Source of the DNA: a virus
Taxonomy: Duplodnaviria > Caudoviricetes
DNA length: 56,325 nt
IMG/VR virus record: IMGVR_UViG_3300031524_001649
Coordinates: 1-56,325 of that record
Strand: one strand, 5' to 3'
A program made the translations under genes and the position numbers. Below, piece after piece: positions 7,344 through 16,777 of the stretch (its first letter is position 1; every line of letters starts with the position of its first letter). The notes beneath the pieces are model-generated. The model did no database searches, was not told the DNA's origin, and saw nothing but the letters and a program-made list of their open reading frames with translations.

Positions 7344-7588
7344 TTGTGGCTCCGTTTCACGGCCGCATAGGTGCCAACCCAGTTGCCCAGGCCGTAGGCG
7401 ATCACAGCGGGAATGCACCTTTCCACGATCAAGACCGTGGAAAAGAGCGTGCAGACGTAAAGCACGACGGCCAGGTTGGCAGCCAGAGCGGCGCACCGCC
7501 GTTGCACGGACTCGACGCACCAGGTCCACACGTAATCCAGCACTGTCCCGGCCACGAACGCGAGGAAGAAAATGCCGACATCGGTCAT
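7340..7588 (-). CDS. Small membrane protein (3 TM)
   Basis: Hydrophobic; overlaps both neighbours by 4 nt. Confidence 0.7.
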   Translation of the reverse strand: MTDVGIFFLAFVAGTVLDYVWTWCVESVQRRCAALAANLAVVLYVCTLFSTVLIVERCIPAVIAYGLGNWVGTYAAVKRSHK

Positions 7589-7845
7589 TGTCCGGGCAAC
7601 TCCAATCGGGGCTTCGTTGGGGATGGGACGGCCTTCCGCAACCCAAGAGTAAGAACAGGGACCAAATCGGCGTCGCCGAAGACCTCGCCGCGCAAGGTGT
7701 ATTCCAGCGTGATCGAGGCGTCTTCCGTGCCGTGCTTGTTGATGGCTGCCTCCAGGGCACGGAAGATTTCGGCGAGACGGGCCGGTGTGAGCTGGGCCAG
7801 TTGCACGCGCTGAAGGAGCAGAGGAGGAATTGCAAACATAATCAC
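7585..7845 (-). CDS. Hypothetical protein
   Basis: Translationally coupled in operon. Confidence 0.6.
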   Translation of the reverse strand: MIMFAIPPLLLQRVQLAQLTPARLAEIFRALEAAINKHGTEDASITLEYTLRGEVFGDADLVPVLTLGLRKAVPSPTKPRLELPGQ

Positions 7846-8840
7846 CTCTTGAACTGGGGTCGCGTTACCTCGTTGAACCAGTCGTCGTAGGCCCCGGCGG
7901 TCTTGCCCAGGCTCAGGGCCATGTCTTCCAGTACCTCGCGGCGGCTGGCGTTTTCATCGGGGGTCAAGTCGGCGAAGATGTTGCCGGAGGTGATGGCCTG
8001 CCAGCAACGGCCGACCCGATCCAAGAGCTTTTGTTGGTAGTCGGCCTTCACACGGGCGCGGTGGTTGGCGACCCGAAGCAAAGGAACGGGCTCGGCCGGC
8101 TTGCTGACGATCTCTTCGATCATGCCGACCACTTTCTCGTCACCGGGCTTCTCGCCCAGCAGCCAACCGTAGAGGCAAAGCTGGTCGGCGTACTCGTCGT
8201 TGCAGTGCTCCATGTAGCCGGCGTTGACTGTCAGGCCACGATGGTTGTATTCCAGGAAGTTGGTGTGCTGGGTATTGTGGCTCTTGCTCGGCTTGTCGCC
8301 CTGGTAGCCGTCCCGGCAGAGCATGTAGCCCTTCGACGGGCTGGCGGCATACTTCGAGCAGTAGCCCCGGACTTTCCAATCCAGGATGCAGTGGATCGGT
8401 CCCAGCCCGAAGTCGAGCACGAAGCGGCAGTCCGGCTTGCCGGTGAAGGGAGCACCCGCTATGACGCCATCGACCTTGAACTCGAAGCGTGGCGTCTCGA
8501 CGGATTGCCGGAGCAGGGACAGGAGTTCGTTGAAAGCACCCGTCAGCTTGTAGGCCCGAAAGACGTGCTTGCCGGCCTTGAGCGCGAAGTCCCGGTTGTG
8601 CGATTCGACCTGGCTCTCGAAGATTGCACCGAACTCGAACTTGGGCGATACGGCGGTGCCGTAGAGCGCGTAGTTGAGGGCCGTCTTCACGTAGGCGTCG
8701 AAGGCCGAACCCACGGCCATCGGTGGCTCTTGGGGCAGCCGTGGGGCCGCGTGTTCGGCCAGGTAGCGCAAGTAGAACTCCTCCGGGTTCTTTTCCCATA
8801 GGGTCATGGATGAATAGCTGAGGCGGCGTGGCGTCTTCAT
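7842..8840 (-). CDS. PD-(D/E)XK (RecB-like) phage exonuclease
   Basis: LSYSS..GSAFD..E..GKPD..LDWK..QLCLY motifs. Confidence 0.8.
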   Translation of the reverse strand: MKTPRRLSYSSMTLWEKNPEEFYLRYLAEHAAPRLPQEPPMAVGSAFDAYVKTALNYALYGTAVSPKFEFGAIFESQVESHNRDFALKAGKHVFRAYKLTGAFNELLSLLRQSVETPRFEFKVDGVIAGAPFTGKPDCRFVLDFGLGPIHCILDWKVRGYCSKYAASPSKGYMLCRDGYQGDKPSKSHNTQHTNFLEYNHRGLTVNAGYMEHCNDEYADQLCLYGWLLGEKPGDEKVVGMIEEIVSKPAEPVPLLRVANHRARVKADYQQKLLDRVGRCWQAITSGNIFADLTPDENASRREVLEDMALSLGKTAGAYDDWFNEVTRPQFKR

Positions 8841-8842
8841 GG

Positions 8843-9247
8843 TTAGGTCCAAAGATTCCCGCGGATGTTTATGAGCTTGTGGAGCATCCGGCTGTCTTGT
8901 TCGTAGTCGTCGTATTCGGCGTCGTTCCTGCGCGACTGCCACCAGAAGTAAAGTTCCCGGATCGTGTTCCAGTCGGCTTCACGCTCTCGGGCCATTTCCT
9001 CGCCACAGTCGAGATACAGGAGATACACGTCGTCGTAGAAATGCCCCTTTTCCCGTTGCACGAAGTCTTCCAGGATTTGAAAGACGGCATAAAGCAGCAG
9101 GTAGTCGCGGTCACACCAGGTCGGCGGCAGGGCCCGACACACGACAACGTTGTAGCGGTGCCATAGCCGGCATCGCAGCCAGTAGCAGGCGTCGTGCAGG
9201 CGGAAATAAAGGTGGCGCAGCCGGCGAAAGAAGAGTCGCTTTTTCAT
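8843..9247 (-). CDS. Phage hypothetical protein
   Basis: Start MKKRLFF with AGGT upstream; ends LINIRGNLWT. Confidence 0.65.
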   Translation of the reverse strand: MKKRLFFRRLRHLYFRLHDACYWLRCRLWHRYNVVVCRALPPTWCDRDYLLLYAVFQILEDFVQREKGHFYDDVYLLYLDCGEEMAREREADWNTIRELYFWWQSRRNDAEYDDYEQDSRMLHKLINIRGNLWT

Positions 9248-9251
9248 GGCG

Positions 9252-9515
9252 TTACCTGTGCGGGTGAGGCGGATTCGGTCGTGGGCCAGGGCGGGGCGGC
9301 TCCGGCCGCGGGCGGGACGGTTCCGGCCGCGGATGCGGTCGGCGGTCCGGGACGACGGGCACCACGATAGGGGCAGGCTCGGGTACGATGATCGGCACGG
9401 GCACGGGTACCACAATGCGTGGCCGCGGGCGCGGCACGGGCACGATGATCGGTCGGCATGGCTCCGGGTTGCAACCGGTCAGCGCGAAGAGTAGCAAGAC
9501 GGTAACGTATCGCAT
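9252..9515 (-). CDS. Pro-rich lipoprotein
   Basis: Signal peptide with lipobox LTG-C; PIIVP repeats; AGGAG RBS. Confidence 0.65.
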   Translation of the reverse strand: MRYVTVLLLFALTGCNPEPCRPIIVPVPRPRPRIVVPVPVPIIVPEPAPIVVPVVPDRRPHPRPEPSRPRPEPPRPGPRPNPPHPHR

Positions 9516-9537
9516 GGCGAGGCACTCCTATCTGGGG

Positions 9538-9714
9538 TTACACAATGACCGGGTGGCCGAGAATCTTGGCAACCACCACTTGTTCGCGGATGCCGGTCGG
9601 CAAGGCGGCCAATGTCTTGATCTTGTTCAAGCAGCACCTCTTGGCCTTTTTGCCGCTGCCACACGGGCACTTGGCATTACGACGCGGCGTAGTCGGACGA
9701 CGAATTGGTTCCAT
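9538..9714 (-). CDS. SEC-C motif protein
   Basis: RNAKCPCGSGKKAKRCC. Confidence 0.8.
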   Translation of the reverse strand: MEPIRRPTTPRRNAKCPCGSGKKAKRCCLNKIKTLAALPTGIREQVVVAKILGHPVIV

Positions 9715-9730
9715 CAGGGCTCTCCGAGAA

Positions 9731-9958
9731 TTAGTGATGTCGTGGGCCATGCGGCATTGCCGGCGGCCCGGAGAAGACGGGTGTCGGATTCGAGCGGCTC
9801 CACCATCCCCAGTCCCAGCGCACTTCCAGCCGATGGTCGGTTTTTCGCGGTTCCAAGTGCGGACGACCGGCGACCAGAAGGCCGCCGATGGATAAGGCCG
9901 TGCTAATCACGAAAGCCGCGACCCGGAAAACGGCATCCGAGTTCTCGTTCTGTCCCAT
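9731..9958 (-). CDS. Hypothetical protein with one TM segment
   Basis: GGGAG RBS; hydrophobic stretch. Confidence 0.5.
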   Translation of the reverse strand: MGQNENSDAVFRVAAFVISTALSIGGLLVAGRPHLEPRKTDHRLEVRWDWGWWSRSNPTPVFSGPPAMPHGPRHH

Positions 9959-9968
9959 GTTCTCCCTG

Positions 9969-10181
9969 TCACTGTTTGCCGAACGGAATCTGATGCCAGA
10001 CGCGCTCGTGGTAATAGAAGAGGATCAGCTTCACGATGAAGCACACGGCCGTAAATACGGCGCAACCACCGAGGTTGCCGAACATGGCGTAGGCCAGTCC
10101 AAAGCAGACAAGATTGCTGAAGGTCTCCCACGACAGCGCCTTGATGACCGACCGCCTGCGGGTGCTTGGATCAGGCTTCAT
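9969..10181 (-). CDS. DUF2061-like small membrane protein
   Basis: RSVIKALSW..LFYYHERVW..IPFG signature. Confidence 0.8.
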   Translation of the reverse strand: MKPDPSTRRRSVIKALSWETFSNLVCFGLAYAMFGNLGGCAVFTAVCFIVKLILFYYHERVWHQIPFGKQ

Positions 10182-10725
10182 GGGGGTCCTCGCCGGTGAA
10201 GTCAAAGAAGTACCAACGGTTGAGCCGATCGATCACCGGATCGTGGGCGATGTGCCGCAGGTATTGGTAAATCTCGTCCCAGGTTGAAAAGATCAGTTGA
10301 TGCGGCAGCATGGCCAGCAGCCAAAGCGGCGTGTATTCCTTGCCGCCGACGAGATGCACGATGATCGGTTTCTTCTGGCGGTTGGCGTTGGCGATCTCCT
10401 CGTGCGTCCCGAAAGTGGGCACGTCGGGGTCCAAGTTCACGACCAAGAAGTCGCTGATGTCGGTCATGCGGAGATCGACGCAGCGAATCGTCTTCATAAT
10501 GTTGCGCACGGCGTCATAGTCGTGGGCACGTCGAGCCTGAATCAACTCCTGCTTGGTCTCCAGCGTTTCTCGACCGATGGCGGTTGGTTTGTCGGTCGGA
10601 TCGAGCCAGCGAACGCGCAGGTCCGCCAGCGCGAGTTGAATGGCTTGCCGCCACTCAATTCCGTTGGTGGCGTCCTTCTCCATCGCGCCGGCGAGATAAC
10701 AACGGTTGTTGGCCAATCGGTTCAT
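10171..10725 (-). CDS. Nucleoside 2-deoxyribosyltransferase-like / dNMP N-glycosidase
   Basis: YLAGAM..W..DP..DLRMTDISDFLVV..GTHEE..KKPII. Confidence 0.8.
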   Translation of the reverse strand: MNRLANNRCYLAGAMEKDATNGIEWRQAIQLALADLRVRWLDPTDKPTAIGRETLETKQELIQARRAHDYDAVRNIMKTIRCVDLRMTDISDFLVVNLDPDVPTFGTHEEIANANRQKKPIIVHLVGGKEYTPLWLLAMLPHQLIFSTWDEIYQYLRHIAHDPVIDRLNRWYFFDFTGEDPHEA

Positions 10726-11423
10726 GGCAGCAGCTCCCTGTAGCGAGAGGACCCGAGTCGCGTGCAACCCAGACCGAGGTACAGCGCCGCATCGGCATAG
10801 GTCTTGATGCCGCCGCTGGCCTTGACTTGGGCCGCGCCTTGCACCGCATCCAGCATCAGTTGCACGGTCCCAGGCGTCGCGCCACCAGGCCCGAAACCGG
10901 TCGAAGTTTTCACAAAGTCCACGCCGCAATCCACGCAGAGTCGACAGGCATCCACGATCTGGCCCGGCTGGTAGTAGCTAGTCTCCAGCACGGCTTTGAT
11001 GAGAGCCCTCTTGGTGCGCGCCAACTGGACGATGCGGCCGAGTTCCTGGACCACGACCACTTCGCGGCCTTCCAGGAAGCGGCCGAAGTTTATCACCACG
11101 TCCAGTTCCGCGGCCCCGTCTTCCATCGCTGCCCGGGCCTCGGCGAACTTGACATCGGGCGACATGTTCCCGTGTGGGAAGCCAATGACCGAGCACACCC
11201 GCGACGTGATTTGCCGCGCGACGGCGACGTTGTAGCTGGTCACACAGATGGAAGCGCAGCCCATGTCTTCGACCGCGCGGGCGGCGGCGGTCACGTCTTC
11301 CAGCCGAGCGTCCGGCCGCAAGACGGCCAGGTCTAGCGCGTGGATTATCTGGTCTCGACTGATGGCCGGCCATTCTCGGTCCAGCAGCTTCTCTGTGATG
11401 ATGTCAGGGGCGTCGGACGGCAT
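10722..11423 (-). CDS. deoC: Deoxyribose-phosphate aldolase
   Basis: VIGFPHG, ELDVVIN, KAVLET, FVKTSTGF, VKASGGI, RLGSS. Confidence 0.95.
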   Translation of the reverse strand: MPSDAPDIITEKLLDREWPAISRDQIIHALDLAVLRPDARLEDVTAAARAVEDMGCASICVTSYNVAVARQITSRVCSVIGFPHGNMSPDVKFAEARAAMEDGAAELDVVINFGRFLEGREVVVVQELGRIVQLARTKRALIKAVLETSYYQPGQIVDACRLCVDCGVDFVKTSTGFGPGGATPGTVQLMLDAVQGAAQVKASGGIKTYADAALYLGLGCTRLGSSRYRELLP

Positions 11424-11500
11424 CGGACAACTCCAGGATGTATCTCAACGTGGGCGCATCTTGCGAGACCGTTGCACGCAGTTGCGGAATGCAACGGCGT

Positions 11501-11689
11501 CTAGCCGCGGCCTGATCCGCGCCAATCGAGATCGAAGTTGAGGGGCGTGAGGTAACCGTTGGCTTCCATTTCTTCGCGCACCTCCAGGTAGCAGAGGTAA
11601 CAGTATTTCCAGCCCTTGCGCGCCGGCTGACCGCAACGGGCGCATGGGTGCGTTGCCGGCGGATGGGGCTTCGGTGCTGTGTCCATCAT
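11501..11689 (-). CDS. Small zinc-finger protein
   Basis: CARC..CYLC; ATG overlaps the upstream stop. Confidence 0.55.
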   Translation of the reverse strand: MMDTAPKPHPPATHPCARCGQPARKGWKYCYLCYLEVREEMEANGYLTPLNFDLDWRGSGRG

Positions 11690-12426
11690 TCGCTTCGCAT
11701 CCGCTTCATCGTTTGGAGGTAGTAGGTCTCGCAGTTGCGGCACGCCTTGCAGTAACTTGATTCGATGCTGCTGCACATGCTCACCAGCCGGTTGTCTTGG
11801 TGGCGAGACATGACCCACCGCATGAAGTCCTTGGTCGGGCACCAGTACGAGTTGATATGGCGGACCCGCCACTCGTAGCACTGGCCCTTGAAGGTCAAGT
11901 CTTCGGGCACGACCGGCTCGCGGTCGTAGTAGGCCATGAAGGTAATGACCGCGGGCACCTTGGCGGCGGTCCAGGCTGCCACCGCCTGATCGACGAGTCG
12001 CAGGTTCGTGGCCGACGTGCGGAGCCGGACGAACATGAGATTGGGGGCCGGCGAGTGCCAATCGTCGCCATGCCAGTTCGGCATGGCATAGCTGCTCTCT
12101 TGCTCTTCCTTCGGGTTGGCCGTCAGGACGACCGGGCCGGGAAAGTCGAATCGCGGGATCGACGTGTTGAAGAAATACCGCCGATACCGCGTCGCGGTCT
12201 CAATCACCAGGTCGCGGTGGTTGTTGCTGTCGTTGCCGCAATTCATCCGCACGATGTCGTCGCCGACTTCCTCGGGCGTCGGGACGTGTGGCCGGTCAAT
12301 GGGCATGTAATACGCCCCGGGCCGGTTGTAGAAGCACTGATTACAGTCGATTGGGCATGGTCCAATCTGTGGGATGCAGTCGAAGAGGGACGTTCCGTCT
12401 TGTTTCGGATTGCGCGTGGTCGCCAT
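11686..12426 (-). CDS. Radical SAM-like Fe-S protein
   Basis: CPIDCNQCFY (CxxxCxxC) near the N-terminus; second C..CKACRNC cluster at the C-terminus; GAGG RBS. Confidence 0.65.
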   Translation of the reverse strand: MATTRNPKQDGTSLFDCIPQIGPCPIDCNQCFYNRPGAYYMPIDRPHVPTPEEVGDDIVRMNCGNDSNNHRDLVIETATRYRRYFFNTSIPRFDFPGPVVLTANPKEEQESSYAMPNWHGDDWHSPAPNLMFVRLRTSATNLRLVDQAVAAWTAAKVPAVITFMAYYDREPVVPEDLTFKGQCYEWRVRHINSYWCPTKDFMRWVMSRHQDNRLVSMCSSIESSYCKACRNCETYYLQTMKRMRSE

Positions 12427-12549
12427 GTATACGGCCTCGTTGTGTGAAGGAGGGTGCCACCGTCGATCAACGCGCCCGGCACCGTGGGCCAATGCCAACC
12501 TGAAGGAGGAGCAGGTCTGGTTGATTAGGGGCTCTGACGGCGTACCCAC

Positions 12550-13374
12550 TCAGAAGTTGGTGAAGAGAACTTCGATCTTGTTGCTGCACTCGCCCCGGCG
12601 CTCGCAGGCCCCGCGGCGGGGCGTGTCGCGCTCGATGCGATTCCAGTCGGCGAAGAAGCTGTCGGCGGCCGGCGACTCGGAAACCACCACCCTTGCGCTG
12701 GCTGCCTTCAGCAGCCCGACCATCGCCGGGTAGTCGATCCGGTAGCGATATTCCTTCTCATGCCCGACATACGGTGGGTCCACATAGATCAAGGTGTCCG
12801 GGCCAGTCTTGTAGACCCGCTCGATGGCCGCCAGTCCATCCTCGTGCAACAGTTCGACATCGCGGACACGATTGGCGGCCGGAAGCACCCGCAGGAACCA
12901 GTCGGCCCAGACAGAGGGCGACGGCTTGTGCGCGGCGGCGCACTTGTCGAGCGACCAGGTTGACGAGTTGCCGTTGCCGCAGTAGAACTGCGCGCCCTGG
13001 GCCATCAGCAACACCGCCTCCTCTATGTCACCCGGCGGCGGTAAATTGCGCCAATTGGCGGCCGTGTAGGGCGTGGCCCAAAGCAGGGCGGCCAATTGTT
13101 CGGGCTGTGACTTGATCGCCCGCCACATGCCCATGATGCGGTCGTCCAGATCGTTGATGATCTCGATGAACGCCTTTCGTTTGGCCAACAACACGGCGGC
13201 CGAGGCGCAGCACGGCTCCATGTAGACCCGGTGCTCTGGAAAGTGGGAGACAACCCACTTCGCGATGGTTGCCTTGCCGCCGTATTGGCGATAGGTAATC
13301 TTGGGTGTCGCCGTGCTCACAGTGTTTGCTCGAAGGTTGAGATAGTGACGGGCTGACCTAGGAAACACGCTCAT
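12550..13374 (-). CDS. Dam/D12-class N6-adenine methyltransferase
   Basis: YGGK, EP(CCASAAV), INDLD, YVDPPY; start may be GTG at 13320. Confidence 0.85.
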   Translation of the reverse strand: MSVFPRSARHYLNLRANTVSTATPKITYRQYGGKATIAKWVVSHFPEHRVYMEPCCASAAVLLAKRKAFIEIINDLDDRIMGMWRAIKSQPEQLAALLWATPYTAANWRNLPPPGDIEEAVLLMAQGAQFYCGNGNSSTWSLDKCAAAHKPSPSVWADWFLRVLPAANRVRDVELLHEDGLAAIERVYKTGPDTLIYVDPPYVGHEKEYRYRIDYPAMVGLLKAASARVVVSESPAADSFFADWNRIERDTPRRGACERRGECSNKIEVLFTNF

Positions 13375-13386
13375 TGTGGGTGTTCT

Positions 13387-13932
13387 CTATCGCCGCCTCT
13401 GGATCGCCGTGCAGTACGCGCCGTTCAGCGAGCTGTTCTGCAACAGTCGGGCGTTCTCCTCGCCGTAGGCCAGAAGCACGGATGGACCACCGGAGTTGCC
13501 CTTGGCCCTGGTTCCGTCGGGTCGATAGAAGTACAGTCGCCCCTCCAGAAACAAAGCGCCGACAACCTTGCCCCAGACATGCTCGAAGAACATCGCCGTC
13601 TCCGTCCGCGCGAAGACCAAGGCGATTCCGTTGCCGTGCCGGCTCAGGTGATCCAACCACAGACCGGTCTGTTGACCATAGGGCGGATTGAGCCAGATGC
13701 GGCCGAACCACCGCAGTTGCAGACCATCTTGCGGCGGGGCGTAGTGGTGCTTGGCCGTCATCCACGGCTGGCCTGGAGCGGCACAAGGGTCGAGGTCGAA
13801 GGACCCCAGTGTGTCGATTATTTCCGGCGGCGTCAGCCAGCAGTCGGTTTGTCCTTGCACGGCCCGGGTATGGCTTCCGATACCTGTCTTCGCTCCATGC
13901 CTCGCCCGTGCGAGCTTGACAGGTTCAGTCAT
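13387..13932 (-). CDS. Phage N6-adenine methyltransferase
   Basis: WLTP..FDLDPCA..WLNPPYG..ARTET. Confidence 0.88.
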   Translation of the reverse strand: MTEPVKLARARHGAKTGIGSHTRAVQGQTDCWLTPPEIIDTLGSFDLDPCAAPGQPWMTAKHHYAPPQDGLQLRWFGRIWLNPPYGQQTGLWLDHLSRHGNGIALVFARTETAMFFEHVWGKVVGALFLEGRLYFYRPDGTRAKGNSGGPSVLLAYGEENARLLQNSSLNGAYCTAIQRRR

Positions 13933-15247
13933 AGGTATCCGCCTGAAAGGTCGTGTGAACGCCGATTTCGATCCGCTGCCGAGCCGTCTCGAAGCTTTCG
14001 GGTTCGAGTTCTATCCCGACGAACCGATTGCCGGTCAGCAGTGCGGCGATGCCCGTCGAGCCCGACCCCATGAACGGATCGAGGACCAGCCCGCCGCCGG
14101 GTGGCGTGACGAGGCGGCATAGATATTCCATGAGTGCGCGAGGTTTGACGGTGGGGTGGTTGTTCTCGACCTGGCCTTCACACGTGCGGTCTCGCTTCGT
14201 GGCCTTGGCGCAGTAAAAGAAGCGTGAGGCACCGCCTGAATCGCCATGTTGGTTGTGCGGCCCGGAATGCCCGCGAAGGAAACTGGTCACGTTCTCACCG
14301 GGATACGGGGCGATAAGCCGTTTCATCGCGCCGCTTTTCGTGATGCCGCTTTGCTCGTCGAGCAACCTGCCCGCTTCCTCGTCCAATAGCAGATTGGCTG
14401 GCCAACGTCCCTTGGCATCACCGCCGCGTGGGCCGGGCGTCGCAGCGAAATTGGTCGAACCGCGGTCGGAGTAACGCTTGTTGGCCGTTGTCTCGCCGTC
14501 GCGCAGCCCGCCCTCACCGGTACCGATTCGCGAGCCGTCGATGTTCAGGCCCGCGACGCCATGGCGCTGCGCGTTCTCGGCGAATGTGCCATCGAGTGGC
14601 TTCATTGCCAGGATAATGGGTTCCCATGCCGGTTTCAGAGACGAGCCCCAGCCGTCCCAACGCCTGGCGATTTCGGTGGCCGGCGCCGTGTCGAGGATCT
14701 CCACGTTGCCGGTCTTGCCGTGCCGCTGGCGATTTTGGAAACTGTCGCCGCGGATGTCGGGTTGCTGGCGGCGGCCGACGCTTTCCCGGGTCGCCCCGGC
14801 CAGCTTGTCGAGGGCCTTCGACATATCGTGCGACTTGGGGAAGCCGGAACCGTAGAGCCACATCAGGCAATCGCGGATCTCGAAACCGGCATCTTCGATA
14901 GCACAAGTCAGACGGTGAAAAGTCCGCGTGCCACCAAACGCCAGGAGCATCGCCCCCGGCTTCAGCATTCGGAGCACCTCGGTCCAAAAGTCGGACTGAA
15001 AGGCCGTGTCGCCGCCGTCCCAGGTCTTGCCCATGAAACCCCGCGAGCCGATCCGCATGCGGCCAAAGGGTGTTTCCGGATCGTTGTTTCGCGGGCTTCC
15101 CTTTCGGCTCGCCTGCGTAAGGTGATAGGGCGGGTCGCAGACACATGCCGTGAACTGCCCAGCCTCTAGTGAAGGGAGCACCTCGCGGGAGTCCCCTTGG
15201 TAAATCGTGGCCTGGTCGAACGTGATGGACATGTGTTTGTCACTCAT
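13925..15247 (-). CDS. N4/N6 DNA methyltransferase (beta class)
   Basis: CDPPY, GFPKS, KPAWEPI, HPTVKP, LDPFMGSGST. Confidence 0.9.
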   Translation of the reverse strand: MSDKHMSITFDQATIYQGDSREVLPSLEAGQFTACVCDPPYHLTQASRKGSPRNNDPETPFGRMRIGSRGFMGKTWDGGDTAFQSDFWTEVLRMLKPGAMLLAFGGTRTFHRLTCAIEDAGFEIRDCLMWLYGSGFPKSHDMSKALDKLAGATRESVGRRQQPDIRGDSFQNRQRHGKTGNVEILDTAPATEIARRWDGWGSSLKPAWEPIILAMKPLDGTFAENAQRHGVAGLNIDGSRIGTGEGGLRDGETTANKRYSDRGSTNFAATPGPRGGDAKGRWPANLLLDEEAGRLLDEQSGITKSGAMKRLIAPYPGENVTSFLRGHSGPHNQHGDSGGASRFFYCAKATKRDRTCEGQVENNHPTVKPRALMEYLCRLVTPPGGGLVLDPFMGSGSTGIAALLTGNRFVGIELEPESFETARQRIEIGVHTTFQADTYD

Positions 15248-15390
15248 GGAATCAACCAAAGGAGAAGTCGAAGAATGGTGCCAACCGTCGATCAACACGC
15301 CCCAGCCAACCCGAATGAGGAGAAGTTGGCTCCCGGCCGCTTCGCACGGCGGCCCGCGTGCGGCTTATGGGCCTATTGGCGTAGTGGCGA

Positions 15391-16536
15391 TTACTCGGCG
15401 TCCCTCCGCCGCCAATACCTCGCCTCCTTGGGTATGCCGTCGTTCGTGAGTTCGCGGTACTTGAAGGTCACGGCTTGGCCCCGCTTGAAGTGCCGCCCCT
15501 GGAACCAGTCGGGCATGTCCACGCCGGGATTGGCCGATGCGAAGACTCCCATCTCGGCCGATGAGAACTCGCGCTCGGCGTCGGTCAGGCCGGAAAGTTC
15601 CAGCCGCTTGCCCGCGTACTCGGTAATAAGGGCACCGATGCGGCCGAGGTGCTTGCTCCCCTTCCTGGTCTCGCGGCCGGACGTGAAGCCGATGACGCGG
15701 GCCTCGGCATCTTTGAATGGTTTGTGCTTGAGGATGTTGCCGTGCCGTTTGGGCATCCAGGTCGCCAGCGGATTGCGGACCACCACACCCTCGCCACCAA
15801 GGTCCAAAACCCTTTGGAGAAAGGCTTCCACTTGGGCCGCGGCCTCTCGGGGAATGTCGAACAACTTCGTCTGCCGGTGCAGGTAACACTTCGACCCCGG
15901 GCCGTTATCCAGGTTGGCGTTGAGGAACTGCAACTCGTCCTCGAAGGTCGCGCCCTGCGGCATGTACTTGAAGTCGTCGCCAAGAGCCCGCTTCGGCACG
16001 GGCACGCCCTCATATCGCTCGGGTTTGGCATTGAGGCGATGGCGAATCCACTGCTCGCAGGCGATGAAGTCCATCGCCCGCACCATGTTGGCGTTCTTGA
16101 TCTCGCCGGTGCCAAAGACCGCTGACAGCGGCGGGCTGGAGTAGACCGCGTAGACGATCTTGTCCGTGAAGCGCGGGTCGGGCGTGTCGCCGCCGCAGAT
16201 CGACCGGCAAAGCTGGAAGTTCCCCCGCCCTGCCCACAATTCGCCGTCCAGTGGGCAGCAGGGCAACAGGTTCAGAAACGCATCGGGCGCGATGATGGGA
16301 TTGCCGTAGCGACTCCACAGGCCCGTGGCGACCGGTTTGATCTTGGCCTTCTTCTCGCCGGTCTTCGGGTCAATGATGCTGGCCCAGGGAATGGTGTCAG
16401 TCGGGAGCCCGCGGGTTAGGCCGCCGTCCCAGAAGCAGCGGGTGCCGTCGAGCTTCTCCGAAATGAACCACCCGGCCACATCATGCTTGGGCGGGTCGTA
16501 GTGCTCGGCCAGTTGCAGCAGTTCGCGTTTTGCCAT
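15391..16536 (-). CDS. ATP-dependent DNA ligase
   Basis: SEKLDG, LDGELW, EGVVVR, KHK; C-terminal OB fold ending GIPKEARY. Confidence 0.9.
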   Translation of the reverse strand: MAKRELLQLAEHYDPPKHDVAGWFISEKLDGTRCFWDGGLTRGLPTDTIPWASIIDPKTGEKKAKIKPVATGLWSRYGNPIIAPDAFLNLLPCCPLDGELWAGRGNFQLCRSICGGDTPDPRFTDKIVYAVYSSPPLSAVFGTGEIKNANMVRAMDFIACEQWIRHRLNAKPERYEGVPVPKRALGDDFKYMPQGATFEDELQFLNANLDNGPGSKCYLHRQTKLFDIPREAAAQVEAFLQRVLDLGGEGVVVRNPLATWMPKRHGNILKHKPFKDAEARVIGFTSGRETRKGSKHLGRIGALITEYAGKRLELSGLTDAEREFSSAEMGVFASANPGVDMPDWFQGRHFKRGQAVTFKYRELTNDGIPKEARYWRRRDAE

Positions 16537-16713
16537 CTATGCGGCCTTTGCCAATAGGGACTTGAGCAACATTTCCACGTCGGCCGTTCGTCGGGTGCAA
16601 ACCCGACGCTCCACCTGCATGGGCCGCGTGTAGATTTGCAGGCGTTCACCGCGCGAGGCGGTCCAGGCAGAGCGTTCGAGCCATTCGGCGGGAACAAACT
16701 CAGTGATGTGCAT
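16537..16713 (-). CDS. Small hypothetical protein
   Basis: AAGGAGG RBS downstream of promoter copy 2. Confidence 0.6.
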   Translation of the reverse strand: MHITEFVPAEWLERSAWTASRGERLQIYTRPMQVERRVCTRRTADVEMLLKSLLAKAA

Positions 16714-16733
16714 GACTTGGCCCTCCTTTTGTA

Positions 16734-16769
16734 ACAACAACAAAATGGCCGCAAGTCAGGGTCGAATTC
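16734..16769 (-). promoter_or_regulatory. Phage promoter motif, copy 2
   Basis: GAATTCGACCCTGAC-N13-GTTGTTGT, intergenic, just downstream of the sigma gene. Confidence 0.7.
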
Positions 16770-16777
16770 CGGCAAGA

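Noticed and set aside
7842-8840. Cas4 serving the array
   Set aside because: PD-(D/E)XK core is present but the four Fe-S cysteines of Cas4 are not; it lies 2.6 kb away and resembles a common phage exonuclease.
9252-9515. o-spanin
   Set aside because: It is a lipoprotein, but no adjacent i-spanin, holin or endolysin is recognisable.
9776-9805. tmRNA/tRNA 3'-end-like GACGGG...GATTC...GGCTCCACCA (possible att remnant)
   Set aside because: The T-stem does not pair, the T-loop is not GTTCRA, and it lies inside a plausible ORF; probably chance.
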